Part shown: positions 27,448 to 40,955 of the stretch, piece by piece | How the letters are laid out: each line of letters opens with the position of its first letter | Position numbering within the stretch: the first letter of the stretch is position 1 | Origin: Octopus sinensis | Taxonomy: Eukaryota | Assembly (NCBI RefSeq): GCF_006345805.1 | Contig: NC_043002.1 | Coordinates: 27,404,001 to 27,468,000 of the forward strand | DNA: 64,000 nt | Direction of reading: 5' to 3' | Made by a program: the position numbers and the translations under genes | Notes under the pieces: model-generated | Databases searched by the model: none | What the model was told of the DNA's origin: nothing | The model's input: the letters and a program-made list of their open reading frames with translations, nothing else

Positions 27448-29545
27448 TATACAATATATGCATATACATGTGTCTATGGGCGAAGCGACTTCAGGCTTTT
27501 GATCAGCTGAATTATTTGCTCCAAAAGGGACTTATATGTGGTTGTGAATTCCATTGACAGGAATAGACTTTAATGTAACTTTTTACACAGAATCACTGGA
27601 ACGGCGTGTGTGGAAAAGCTTTCTCTTTTCAACTTCATGCACAAGCCAATGGACTTCTTTTTAGTTTTCTCCAAAATCATTTTCATTCACAAAGTACGGT
27701 TTTACCTGCGCAAAAGAAATTTTTGCAGATTTTCTACCATGCAGCTGTATTGCGCCCAATATATATATATATTGACACACATACTTGCGTACATATATAT
27801 ATACGTGCGCGCGTGTCTACGTGCGTGTGTGTCTGTACATATCTTTGTGTGGATGTGTGTGTGTGTAACGTATATTTTCGTTTACGGGTATACCATCGTT
27901 CTGAGAAATACATCAATTTTTCGGAAAACGCAGAAAGTTAAAGTACTGTGTATTAATATTGATTAAGCTCTCCAACACGTTATTCAGCATGGTTGCAATC
28001 CAACGCTGAAATTCAATGAACGTATAAAAAGAATGGGAAATGAAAGAATATGCTAATATAATGATACATTTGTGAAAAATATATGAAAATAAATATTAAA
28101 CATATGCTTATGTGTAAGCATTATATATGGAATCTCTGATTTAATAAAACCAGTAAATATATTAATACAGATAATCCGATAACCATCATTATAATATCTA
28201 CAGACAAACACATAAATCTATATATTTTGAATTGTTATAAGCTGCAAGTCAACGTTCTCAAGAGAAATGCTTCTTCGCTTAAATTAAAGCTAGCTGAAGA
28301 ATGGTTATTGATTGTGGAATAACAACGCTTTAGTCCGCAGAGTATTTCAATGGCATCGAAAGAAAAAAGTATATCCTCATTCCCCCAATTCGATTTCATT
28401 GACTAATATCCTCCCTTAAGACAGGACCTTTTTTCTGAAAACTATCCATTTTGTCAGAATATATACAAACATCACACAAAGCGCCATGAATATCAACAAG
28501 CAAACCAGATCTCCTTTTAATAAAATGGAAATTGTGGTATCTTTGTCACTATGCCTGCCTTTAATGCAGTTAGAAATTGGAAATAAAAATCTTCTTTATG
28601 GAACAGTTTCGTTATGTAAGAAGATGACCGTTTGAATATTATGAGTAGGTGTACAGTTAACGCCCCAAGAAAAGAATGACATCACCAATTAGCAATTCGG
28701 CTCGGTAGAGAGTGTCAAAGTGAAACTAAACATGGCATGGTATACTTCACTGATGTTACATTTAAACTAAACTCAAAATCTAGAAAACGTTATAATAAAT
28801 TAAATATCATCGCATTCTACATGCACACAAAATCCACCCATCCTCACAAAATAAAGACTTGCTCCAAAATATCAGCAAAAGTATAAGCACATTGTTGTCC
28901 GATAAAGTTAAGCTCGACAATGCGAAAATGAAGGACAGACACGTAGACGACATCACTTTCCTAGGAAATGCTAGAAAATTAAATATATTATGTAACTCAC
29001 TGTCTATAATATTGGTGTAAATACTAGTGCTGCAAACCATTTCAATCAGGAAAAATTTTCCGAAAGGGCAAATATCCAACCAGCCGATCGAAAAGGATGA
29101 GAAAGGATTAACTACAGCGTCATGGAGAATGATTCACAATGCCATAAAGTAGAAAGAGAAATGTGTAACATATGTCGATAGATAGAAATTTGGAGAGAGT
29201 TGTTGAATCAATTCTGTTGCTGCATAACTTCTTGGTGTCTATTTCATCGATTTCGAAAGATTAAATGTAAATTTGAGCTTGGAGGAAGTGAAATCAGAAG
29301 GTAAACCGCTCTAACTAAATAGTGCGTGGAAGTTTGTCAAACGCTCTACGACTTCTCCCAATCCGAAAATCACAAACATATTTGAAATAATCCATCGAAG
29401 AGAAAAAATTGACATAGAACACAGATCCGTCACAAAAAAATCTGATGCTAGTACAGAAGTATTGAATATAGAGCTGGATGTTTATCCGAAATTGGCCCTA
29501 ACCTAGCACAACAGTTCAATCGAAAATTGCCACCTCAACACATGC

Positions 29546-29590
<45 letters not shown>

Positions 29591-32050
29591 GGTCAAGACA
29601 AAAAGGAGATTCCAGTATTGTCACATAGGCAATATTAGATATGGCATTATTGATTTAGAATGCATCACTAATGTGTTACAGAAACATTTCATACCATTCT
29701 ACATCGAAATCCGATCTTTAACAAATGAAACGAACTGATTTCGACCTGTGAACACAGGCCAAATAATTTCTCATGCAATTCAAGTTAAAATTACATAGTA
29801 CTTGATCAACATTAATCGCTCTTAAATCCATAGAATTATTTCAAAGTCAACAAATATGATTTAATTATTAGTTACATATTTGTAGATGGATAATATGTAA
29901 TTAAGGTTACCTTATAACAAATAGATATGAATAATATTCTACATACTTATAAAGCAAAGATATGCTTAACAAACTTATTTTATTATTACTACATAAACCA
30001 AACAGACGCGCACAGCCACACTTGCACACATGCACACACCCACACACCACAGTCATGCATATCTATGTATACATAAATATGTGTGTGAGTGTGTGCGTGC
30101 GTGTGTTTGTGTGTGTGTGTGTGTGTATGTGTGTGTGTGTTTGTGTGTGTGTGCGTTTGTGTATCTGTATGTGTAGGCATCTGTGTCTGTGTATAAACTT
30201 TTGTGAAGCCCGATATTGTAGCATTCTGTTAAATCGGTTCGAATTTCCTTCTGAATCAGAAGCAAAAGCACAAATTATATGTAATCTTGTACTTTTTGCC
30301 TAAAATTTATTGTTAGTTGGAACAAGTATAAACATGACATACAATAGCTGTACAGAAGAGTACCAATTTAGTTGGTTACCAAATAAAATTGTTCATGGGA
30401 ATGAATGCACATTCGAAACTCAAAGATGAATGATAATTGGAACGAAATTAGTATATGACACAAGTGTGTATTTGTTAAGAATTTCACTTCGCAACTAGTG
30501 ATTCTCAGAAAAATTCCACTGTGCTGCACCTCAAGCAAATTATTTGTACAATGGCCTCAGGTTGGGTTGACGAGGTGTACGAAGCTCACCGAATATATAT
30601 ACATACAACTGTTAGTACACTGGTGTGTGTATGTATATATATGTATGTGTGTGTGTGTGGTGTGTGTGTGTGTGTTGTGTGTGTGTGTGTGTATTTTCAG
30701 TTCTAAGAATGGCATTGACACCTTATCGAAGGCAAAGACACATTGTTGTATTTATTCTACTCATATTACTTAGAAATATATGTATGACACAATAACCATC
30801 GTGATGGAGTTCAGACAGTTATTCATATAGCCATAATCAACGTGCAGCAGAATGGCAATATAATTCATTAAAATATATAAGGTTTCACTAAATGTTAACG
30901 TATTGTGATTCAGACACAAAGGCTATTAAGATACACAGTTTAAGAAACCTGAATTGTGCCTATGGCAGAAATCAATATTTCTCCGAGTATTCGTTCCGTA
31001 CAGGTCATTGGAAGATAATCGATGCAAAAAGCATTTGAAATTATTATATAGGATACGCTATCAAATATATTACAAAGTATTGTGGAACATTATCACCAAC
31101 ACTGATTTCATTATAAACGAGTCAGCAACGGTACATCATGGTTGTTACAAATGTTGTTAACTGGAGATAAATAATATAACTGATATATCATTGATATTAC
31201 TAGCAAATTTACCCATTTACGATGAAGGCATGAAATGAAGGAGGGAAGTCATAACAGCAGTATGTATTGAGAAATATGTAAATGGACTTGATAGATTACT
31301 GGGTGATGTCTTAAAGAAATCACATTATTTTTGTAATACACCATTCTATTACAGCTATATGACATGTGTTTGCGACTAAGTGATATGTGATGACGATTGA
31401 CTCCCGAACAGAAAGAGGCTCCAAACCTCTGTATCATGAATTCTTATGTAAACCACTTCTAACGGAAGCTAGAGCTTCCTTCCACCACAACATAAAAGTA
31501 TTAAGGAAAAAATGTTATTTAGATATACTTTATTTTAGTTGTTTACACTATTTTATGCTTGTTTATACTCTTATATATGCAAAGTTCGCAAATTTCCTTA
31601 TTTAAATTATGAATCATATTCCTTTCGATAATATCAATATAATAACTAAACTTCTTTGTAGACGATATTTTCTGCTTGGTCGATACTAATTTTCAAATTA
31701 CTAGTGTTCGTTGCTCTACTCATAGCGACGTATAACTGACTGTGTGTAAACAGTAGAGTTAGTAAAAATACACCTACACGATCTAAAGTCTGGTCTTATG
31801 GCTTGTTTGCTGTCAGTGCGCGAGCAGAATCTTTAGGAATCTGCCCTTCTGCAATGGGAAAAATAAGTGAGAGTATCACGAATCTACACCCTCTAAATTT
31901 AGGAACGGAGGGAGAGCGGAAGTCCAAAGTTATTCCTCATTGCTTGAATTTTAACAAAAAAAAAATAAAGCCAAAGGGGATTTATTAATACAAAACTGAA
32001 TATCCATAATTGCTCAGACTACAGGCTTAGAAAAGCAGTAAACAAAAGTT

Positions 32051-32623
32051 AAAGGAGAGTGGGTCTTTGGCAGAATAGTGAGAATTTCTAAGAAATCTTT
32101 CTTAGTGGAAGTACCTGATCATTTTGAGTAGTCTTTGACAGCGTTAATTCAACGATGGATTCTGCAAGAAAGTCACATGGTAAGTGATGGCTGTCGATCA
32201 TACTATAATATTGGAATTTTAAATGGTGGTGCATACACTCACCAGGTGATTGTACACGAAGAAAATATCGGTAACATGTGGATGCGTGTTAAACAGAAAT
32301 TACGCTGTCAATTCGGCACTTCGGACACTGTTTGTTTCGTGATTGCACGAATTTAATTCAATGGAGAAGCAAGTTGACTTTCATCCCTTAGCTTCTTTTA
32401 TTAGTTATCACAGCCTTAAATTTTTATTTACTTTTTTTACGCCTGTAAACTGAACAATTAACCTCAACATCCACTAAATAATCATAATTTTCCACATTTT
32501 TTGCGCTAAAAGACCTTCCTGATTATCTCCTTCATAATCGCGGAAACATCGTGACCATTAGTTCAGCCGTTTGACCGTGAAATGGGAACAGACGGTCATA
32601 GCGCCCGTTTTAGTAAGATTACC
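32051..32623 (+). mobile_element. Merlin (IS1595/ISXO2-like) transposase fragment with putative right end
   Basis: KGEWVFGRIVRISKKSFLVEVPD..*SLTALIQRWILQESHMVSDGCRSY..YTHQVIVHEEN..WMRVKQKLRCQFGT resembles the WVFG, SD, H and W motifs. The putative terminus reads GGTAATC on the minus strand from 32623. No left TIR was found. Confidence 0.75.
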
Positions 32624-33144
32624 TACGAGTCAGTAAGAGAATGTTTTAGAAAATTTAGCTGCAATTCAACGAAAGGGAATAGACTAGCCGAGTTAGCTTA
32701 TGTCGAGTTAGCTTATGCCGAGTTAGCTTGGGCCATCGGAGTTAGCTTGAATAATTCCTAATAGTGAGAACATATGTTTCTTACTGGGACCAGATCCACT
32801 TACTCACGAAGCTAACATACATATTCAAAATTATCTATTTTCCGATAATATAGAAAATACCCGAATCGGTATATAGGGTTGTGTCATAGATATGCTTCTT
32901 AATATACTATAAAGTCTTCTGTTCCCCGGAACCGATTGATTTCGAACCACCTAAATTCTCACTCGTCTCTGTTCCTTTCTCTGTTTTAATCAATCGTTCA
33001 GGCCATTTACCATCTGTTTGCAGACAGCTGAAAAAATACTTTAACCAAAAAAAAAAAAAATTAAATTATAGCATGGTTGTTGCTTAGTCTGCTGGCTACC
33101 AATATTTTTAGACCCAGTCCGCCGCTACATATATATATAAATAT

Positions 33145-33488
33145 AGAGAGGGTGACCGCCTTCGGTCATGAATGACCATGGGATTGCACCTAGAAAGTTA
33201 CCCTCCGAGGCACAAGTCTGGGCATCATTGCTTTTTATGGAAGACCAACAGTCACCCATGCATACCAGCCTCCTCTCTCCTTGCCACCAATGTTATCCAA
33301 GGGAAAGGCAAAGCCCGATACAGCTGCACCACTGACGTCGCAACTCATTTCTACAGCTGAGTGAACGAGAGCAACGTGAAATAAAGTGTCTTGCTCAAGA
33401 ACACAAGATGCAGCCTGGTCCACGAATCGAACTCACAACCTCATGATCGTACGCCCGAAGCTCTAACCACTGAGCCATGCGCCTTCAC
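33145..33488 (-). mobile_element. tRNA-derived SINE (head shared with 34857-35185)
   Basis: Minus-strand head GGCGCATGGCTCAGTGGTTAGAGC..GGTTGTGAGTTCGATTC..TGTGTTCTTGAGCAAGACACTTTATTTCACGTTGCTC. Confidence 0.85.
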
Positions 33489-33594
33489 ATATACAAACAC
33501 ACACATATATATACACATACGCATGCATTTATGTACATATATATATATATGTACATATGTATATATAGAGATGTACATATATATATATACATAC

Positions 33595-33775
33595 ATAGAC
33601 GAAGACGGGTGTGTAAACAACTAACAGATGTATTAGTTTAACGCTCAGGAAGTGAGAGTCTTTTTTTACGTTTCGAGCCTAGGCTCTTCGACAAAAAGGA
33701 ACACAGAAATAACAGGGAGAGAAAATAAAAAAAAAGGTTTAGTGGCTAGCAATCTATCATGGCGAATGCCAGACA
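33595..33775 (-). mobile_element. Short repeat family B with hammerhead-like motif (33664-33698)
   Basis: Minus strand reads CTTT-TTGTCGA-A-GAGC CTAG GCTC-GAAA-CGT-A-AAAA, with a non-canonical core. Homologues lie at 43510-43606 and 50395-50580. Confidence 0.65.
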
Positions 33776-33836
33776 TTTTATATATATATATATGTACACA
33801 TAAACACACACACACACTCACACACACACACACATA

Positions 33837-33907
<71 letters not shown>

Positions 33908-34122
33908 TATAAGAACAGTAAGACAAGGTAGACAATGCTAAAATAATTTTTGCGACTTTTTCAACTTAGAATAAACCAAGAAAGACAATTAAATTGAGGT
34001 AATATTAAATGAAGGGTTTTCTAAAAATATTCCCATAGTCCTTTGTCTGTTTCTCTGTCTCTTTCATTTTTGTCAAGGCTCTATAGGTAGTAGCAGATCT
34101 GAAGATAAAGTTAATATGAGGG

Positions 34123-34322
34123 ATGTTGGTTCTGGAATTTGATTGTTTTAGCAGCAGCAGCCGAAGCCGAAGAAGAAGAAGAAGAAGAAGAAGAAGAAGA
34201 AGAAGAAGAAGAAGAAGAAGAAAAGAAGAAGAAGAAGAAGAAGAAGAAGAAGAAGAAGAAGAAGAAGAAGAAGAAAAAGAAGAAGATGAAGAAGAAGAAG
34301 ATGAAGAAGAAGGAGGAGGAGG
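34123..34322. repeat. (GCA)n/(GAA)n/(GGA)n microsatellite
   Basis: Directly visible. Confidence 0.95.
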
Positions 34323-34653
34323 GGCCCTTTTGAATGCTTCCACCACAAATGTCACTACTACAAGGGTCTTAGAATAATATCCACGCAAATGTGAAAAACG
34401 ATATATTTAGAACAGTCACTACCTATGAATACTTTCAGAACAATTCCAATCAGTACTGCCTCAACCAGAACAGGTCAATTTTATGTCAATTGACCATTGA
34501 AGTCTACTACTGTCATACCGCTCGCGTCATTTTCTTCATCTTTCTCCTCTTTTTCCTACACTGGAACTATATGTAAATATGTTTATATATACACATATAT
34601 ATAGAGATAGATAGATAGATAGATATACATGCATGCATATATATGTATATATA

Positions 34654-34777
<124 letters not shown>

Positions 34778-34778
34778 G

Positions 34779-34817
<39 letters not shown>

Positions 34818-34856
34818 ATTATATATATATATATATCTATATATATATATATATCG

Positions 34857-35185
34857 TGAGGGCGCGTGGCTTAGTGGTTAGGGCATTCGGCTCATGATCG
34901 TAAGGTTGTGAGTTCGATTCCCGGCGACGCGTTGTGTCCTTGAGCAAGACACTTTATTTCACGTTGCTCCAGTCCACTCAGCTGGCAAAAATGAGTTGTA
35001 CTTGTATTTCAAAGGGTCAGCCTTGTCACTCTCTGTGTCACGCTGATTATCCCCGAGAACTACGTTAAGGGTACACGTGTCTGTGGAATGCTCAGCCATT
35101 TGCACGTTAATTTCACGAGCAAGCTGTTCCGTTGATCGTATCAGCTGGGACCCTCGTCGTCGTAACCGGCGGAGTCTTTTTTTTT
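34857..35185 (+). mobile_element. Full-length tRNA-derived SINE
   Basis: GGCGCGTGGCTTAGTGGTTAG (A-box) and GAGTTCGATTCCC (B-box), ending in a T-run. A decayed relative lies at about 15155-15480. Confidence 0.88.
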
Positions 35186-35255
35186 TATATATATACCTGT
35201 ACATGTATACATATATATAAACATATATACATATATACTTGTGTGTGCGTGTGTA

Positions 35256-35710
35256 CGTGGTCTGATCAATAGGTATCCAGACTGATGACATAGTAACAAA
35301 GCTAAAGCACGCAGAGCAAAGCCGCTTGGCACAGATTCGCCTTCATCTCTGCTATGCATGCGCATTAAGTCTTAACGTTGTAGCTCACTTCCGCTGTTTA
35401 TATCAGTGCTTGGAAAGAAGGCGTGTAGTTTGTGATCGTGGCACTGCGTATGGCAGGAAAAAGTTGACAGAGAATCTGGGACAAATTTCGCCAGGGGCCT
35501 ACGCAAAGTTTTCAAATTTTTCATCGTACTCGACACAATCCTGAAGATCTAGTGTAACTGAAATCCCGGTGCCTTTTTGGTCAACTGCAATCTGTTTTGG
35601 TACAAACTTAGCAGACACGGGTCTCATACACAAATCTTCAGTGATACAATAGACACAATAGGCTATTTTAGGAGCACTAATGCCATGTGCCATGCGGTGA
35701 GATCAAACAC
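35256..35710 (-). mobile_element. Truncated copy of the mariner derivative family (26648-27447, 48790-49632)
   Basis: TA-CGTGGTCTGATCAATAGGTATCC TIR. The internal sequence matches the other copies in reverse orientation (LCMRPVSAKFVPK). Confidence 0.8.
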
Positions 35711-36597
35711 GAACCAAAAACTATATGCTTCCTTAGGGAATTACTCATTCGTACACATAAACTTGCGTATTCATGTATGTAAATCATATGTAAATTATAT
35801 TTCTTTACCATTTTACTATCTTCCACAATGCTTTCATTTCTTAAATTTTTAAACTGGGTATTTTTGTTATTCACTATTTATGAAGAAAAACAAATATGCC
35901 AACACTTCACTGCTTCATTTGATTCGCTTGGAACGTTTTAATATAACTTGTGGTTCGAGTTTTTCCACGAATATATATTATTCATTACCATTTAAAAGAA
36001 AATAACTCTGTCAATATCAGGTTTAATACTTATAAAAATTGTAAGAAAACGGAAAATTGCAAACGTACATTTCTAAAGAAGTGACAACGTATTCACTTTC
36101 GGTATTGAGAAAATGGAAAGATATATCTATTTAGTTTGCCTTGAGGCTTAAGAAATACAGAAAAAGAAACGTTTTTGCTACGGATATCGACCAAATAGCG
36201 TAATCCACATTCTAGTATATTATACATGTACGAACTTATATATATATGTATGCATATATATATATAATATATATATTCTTTATTTCTTTTATTCTTTTAT
36301 TTGTTTCAGTCATTTGACTGCGGCTATGCTGGAGCACTACCTTTCGCCTAGCCAATCGACCCAGGATTTATTCTTTATAAGCCTAGTACGAGGCGATCAA
36401 CTATGTGCCTCTTGTTTATACATCTTAATTTTTTTCCTGTTTTCATGTTTGTGTTTATATATTTAATCTAAGGTTTACTTGTTGAAAACGATTTCACCTC
36501 GCGAGTAAAAGTTATTTGCTTGTTAAACTAAAATCGGAAACCAATTGGTCCAGGAAATTAGATGGTAAAATGCATTTGTTTTTTCGTTTCGTTCCTG

Positions 36598-36850
36598 TCT
36601 TGTTAGTAGATTTCCCAGGCGAATGTAAAGCAGCTGAGGGGGAGGACGAGCTCTGCCAGACGGAGAAGGATGGAGGTACTGGGTGTGGGGTCGGGACGAC
36701 GGTCGAGGAATTATTGGAGGTCTAAGAGACTGTCGTTGTGGGAAATCCCCGTGTACAGAGATTTGATGTCTAAGGTGAAGAGCAGGTGTGAGGGACCAGG
36801 AGGGAAGGAGAGGTAATTGATAAGGCGAAGGGCGTGATGCATATGGGATG
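36598..36850 (-). pseudogene. Penelope/Poseidon-type PLE reverse transcriptase fragment
   Basis: HALRLINYLSF..LLFTLDIKSLYTGISHNDSLLDLQ*FLDRRPDPTPSTSILLRLAELVLPLSCFTF, matching the first RT aspartate motif and the following helices. Confidence 0.85.
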
Positions 36851-36894
36851 GGAGGACAAGATAGATACATAGATGAATAGATAGATAGATAAAT

Positions 36895-37044
36895 GGATTA
36901 TGTACATTATGTACAATTGTCACATCTTTGTTGTTAACACAACGTTTGGGTTGATATACCATCCAGCCTTCATCAGGTGTCTTGAGGAAATTTCGAATCT
37001 GGGTTCTCTTTCCTAAGATATCTCTCGACGTTGTTGCATTATTA

Positions 37045-37045
<1 letters not shown>
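36895..37045 (-). mobile_element. Family A pLTR-derived repeat with decayed hammerhead (GAAA changed to CAAA)
   Basis: GACAC-CTGATGA-AGGCTG GATGGTATAT CAACC-CAAA-CGTT-GTGTT, followed by (TAT)n on the plus strand. Confidence 0.7.
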
Positions 37046-37117
<72 letters not shown>

Positions 37118-37228
37118 TACTACTTAGGTCACTGCCTGGAATCGGACTGGGAATCTTGGGGTTAGTAGCTTGTGCTTTTAAACATTGCGTTATATGCCCG
37201 TATGTACGTACATATAAAATATAGATAG

Positions 37229-37683
37229 ACTAGCTGACCCGGCGCCGTCAAAAATGACTGTTAATTGTAGTATTTTATGTATAAATATGGATGGTAAATC
37301 AAATTAATACACTTTTCAATGTTAACTAGTGGTTTGTCTATCAACATGTGGTATCGATCATCGTTTGTTACTGAAAGAACGCTGGTTCACACATACATTC
37401 ACATACTTTTCTTGTACACGCACAGAGTTGAAACGCTGTTTGATGTTTCTTTTGGGCGTTGAAAGTTCACCATGCCACATCCATTGCAAACACACACACA
37501 CACACACACACACAGAAACATTCACATACCTTCCTTCCTTTTACATTCACATACATATACTCACAGAGATGAAACGCTCCCACAACCATCACCCCTTCCT
37601 TCGTTATTCATCTATCGCCTCTTCCTTTCCCATTCACATGTTGTGGCGGACAAAAACTCTAGAGTATTATTATAGTAGAAGAT
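37229..37683 (+). mobile_element. Possible non-autonomous Helitron/Helentron-like element
   Basis: Starts ACTAGCTGACCCGGCG, contains (CA)n and ends ATTATAGTAGAAGAT, resembling termini I associate with this class. There is no second copy in the window. Confidence 0.4.
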
Positions 37684-37992
37684 ACATACTTACAAACATA
37701 CATATATCAGAAAATTATGAAACAGTAATTATCATATATTAACAAAATTTCCTGTCCCAATTTGAATAATACGGCATTTCTGCTGCCGTATTATATGTGC
37801 GATGTGGGAATAGAAATTGGATGTTCTTGTGGACTTGGAGTCGGAACTATCTGTTAAAGTCTACTGATACAAGGCATAAAACTGAATAAATATATGTGAT
37901 GTACATACACACATACACTACACACACGCAGTCATATATACATATGTTTGTATGAATGCATGTATGTATGTGTGTGTATGTATGTATGTATG

Positions 37993-38026
<34 letters not shown>

Positions 38027-38282
38027 TGTATGTATGTATGCATGTGTGCATGTATGTATGTATCCCAGAAAGAATATGTTTTTATGTTTTAGTCGCTCGA
38101 TTCAAACAAATATATTATGAAACTTCTTTGCATCTACCTTGCCACGTTACTTCCTTTGGGAGGATTCCGCCATTTGTTGAAATGGGAGCGGTTAAACAAA
38201 TACGTTACTCGATGGATTCTGAAATCGATATAATCTATTATAAACCTGATATTAATATATATACATACCTATATATACATAC

Positions 38283-38345
<63 letters not shown>

Positions 38346-38373
38346 ATATGTATGTATATATATATTTAAACGC

Positions 38374-38419
<46 letters not shown>

Positions 38420-38679
38420 GTATATATATATATATTAGTATATTTTTGTGAACCTTATTTATAATGTAAATGTCTTAGTAAAACCGCTCAAGGATAAACT
38501 TTGACGTTCACTATAGAATTATTATCTTTCTCAAATCGCTATACTTGCAGACATCTTTTGCTTGAATTCAATTCCTTTATCCGGATTCATGGCAATGATT
38601 TGCGTTGCAAAGCTAAAATGAAAACACAGCACCAAAGGTTTCTCTTTGGTTGACATTTCTAATATAAACTGTATTGTCC

Positions 38680-39421
38680 TGAAAAAGAAGATGGGCAAGA
38701 TCAAGATGGTGCGGGATGAGGAGTAAGAACAACGAGTAGGAGAGGGAACATGTGTAGGCAACCGAGGAAGGGGTTGAAGAAAACATATGAGGAAGGGAAG
38801 CACTAGAAATAATAGGAGGGGGCATGACAAGGAGTAAAAGGAGAAAGCAGACGGAATAGGAGGAGTCACAGGTGAAGAAGGAGGAGAAGGAAAAGAATAA
38901 ATGAGGAGGAGGAGAGCAAGGACAAGTAAGGGAGGTCAAGAAAGAGCAAGTGAAGGTGAACAGGAGGGGCAGGAGGAACAGGAGAAGTAGCTGCAATAGA
39001 AGTAGGACGAAGGTAAGGGGAGTAGAATGAGTAGCAGGCTGAGAAGTAGGCAAAACAAAAACAAAGCAAAAAGAAATTTATGAAGAGAAGGGGGAGAAGA
39101 GTGAAGAGAGAGGAGAAACTGGAGTAATATTACGAGGAAGCAAAGGCGGAAACGAATGGGGTAAGTGGAGGAAAGAGAGGAGGAGAGCAGTTGCGGCAGC
39201 GGGAGGAAGAGGAAGAGTAGATGGAAGAAAGAGAAGAAGAAGAAGAGAAGAAGAAGAAGAAGAAGAAGAAGAAGATAAAAAAGAAGAAGAAGAAGATAAA
39301 AAAGAAGAAGAAGAAGAACAAGAAGAAGAAAAGAAGAAGAAGAAGAAGAAGAAAAAGAAGAAGAAGAAGAAGAAGAAAATACGTAGAAAAACGAAACCAA
39401 ACAAGCGGAAAACGAAAAGTA

Positions 39422-39512
<91 letters not shown>
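38680..39512. repeat. >800-bp polypurine tract grading into (GAA)n and (GATA)n
   Basis: Directly visible strand-biased A/G-rich low-complexity sequence. Confidence 0.9.
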
Positions 39513-39513
<1 letters not shown>

Positions 39514-40662
39514 AGTTTCTTTATTGGCCACACAGGGCTGCACACAGATAGGACAAGTTACAAGGTAGAGCTTTTCTTTTGGGGGAGAAAAAAAAAGGTG
39601 GTGTAGGTTTTCGATCAAAAGGGATCGTAAAAGGGAAAAAAGAACAAAAAAAAAAGAAAAAAGAAAAAAAATTAAAAAGAAAAAAAGAAAAGGAAAAAGG
39701 AACAAAAGAAAAGAAAAATGAAAAAAGAAGAAAAAAGAGGAAAAAAGGGGAAGAGGAAAAAAAAAACGATCAATAGGGATCGTGTATCACAGTGTCATGA
39801 TGTATGGTGTAAAGGGGAAAGCAAGTAAGGTGTATCCGTGGGAAGAAAAGCCTACGAAAAAGACCTCGGTAACCTTGGTCAATATTGTTATATGTTATCA
39901 CATTTGTTTGCAAGTGGGTAACCCTCTGTTTTCAATTTCTGGGTTCATAGAATTATGCTCAAGGTGGCTTCGTCATTCATACGTGCCATCCTTGCTACAT
40001 TCACCCATCTTTTTTTTAAAACGTTCGCTAGACAAAACTTGCCTCTCTACTCTCACTTTCCTTTTCAAGTGGTACTTGAAGAAGTTGATGAGAGGTTGAC
40101 CAGAGAGGAAAGTGTTTGTCTCCAATCCTTTCAGACGCGTCCACCAGATACATTCTTTCGCCATAGCCATAAGGATGATGAAAATAGCTCTTCCTTCCCG
40201 TTTGAAGGAAGGAGGCGTGACAATATTGACGATAGACTCAGCTGATAAACCGACTCGTCCCACACGTGACAGCAGTTGTTCGACATAAGCCCACAGGTCG
40301 GAAATTGTTGGACACTGCACGAGTGCGTGCAGAACGGTTTCGTCGCTCTGACCGCATCTCGGGCAGGTCAGCCCCGTGTTTCTCGAGCCGTGTCTGTAGA
40401 GCTTATCCTGAACCGGTAGTGCTTCTCGGTAGCACTGCCAGGCCAGGGATCTCTGGAAGTTGTCCATGGGCCCTGGCCCGAAAGTCGTCCCGAACAGGCG
40501 GGTCAGGTATTCCTCGTCGACGTCCAGGTTCGCCCCGAGCTCGTCGTCGTACCTCCCCTCCACTAATCCCCTATAGAATGCTTTGGTTGTGATGGAGTCA
40601 CTCAAGGTCGACCCAGGACGGCAGAGTTGCTTGAGAGCAACGCGACACTCGCGGTGCCATTC
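39513..40662 (-). mobile_element. 5'-truncated L1/Tx1-type LINE 3' end (ORF2 C-terminal zinc-finger region plus 3' UTR), flanked by (TATC)n
   Basis: Open frame of about 220 codons: FQRSLAWQCYREALPV..TCPRCGQSDETVLHALVQCP..LWAYVEQLL..AKECIWWTR (CCHC zf-RVT-like). One extra A in an A-run shifts the last codons. The 3' UTR ends AATAAAGAAACTT then (TATC)n. Confidence 0.85.
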
Positions 40663-40797
<135 letters not shown>

Positions 40798-40885
40798 TAC
40801 AGACAGAGAGAAAGAACGAACGAACGAACGAAAGAAAGAAGGAAAGAAAGAAGGAAAGAAAGAAAGAGAGAAAGAAAGGAAGGAA

Positions 40886-40955
<70 letters not shown>

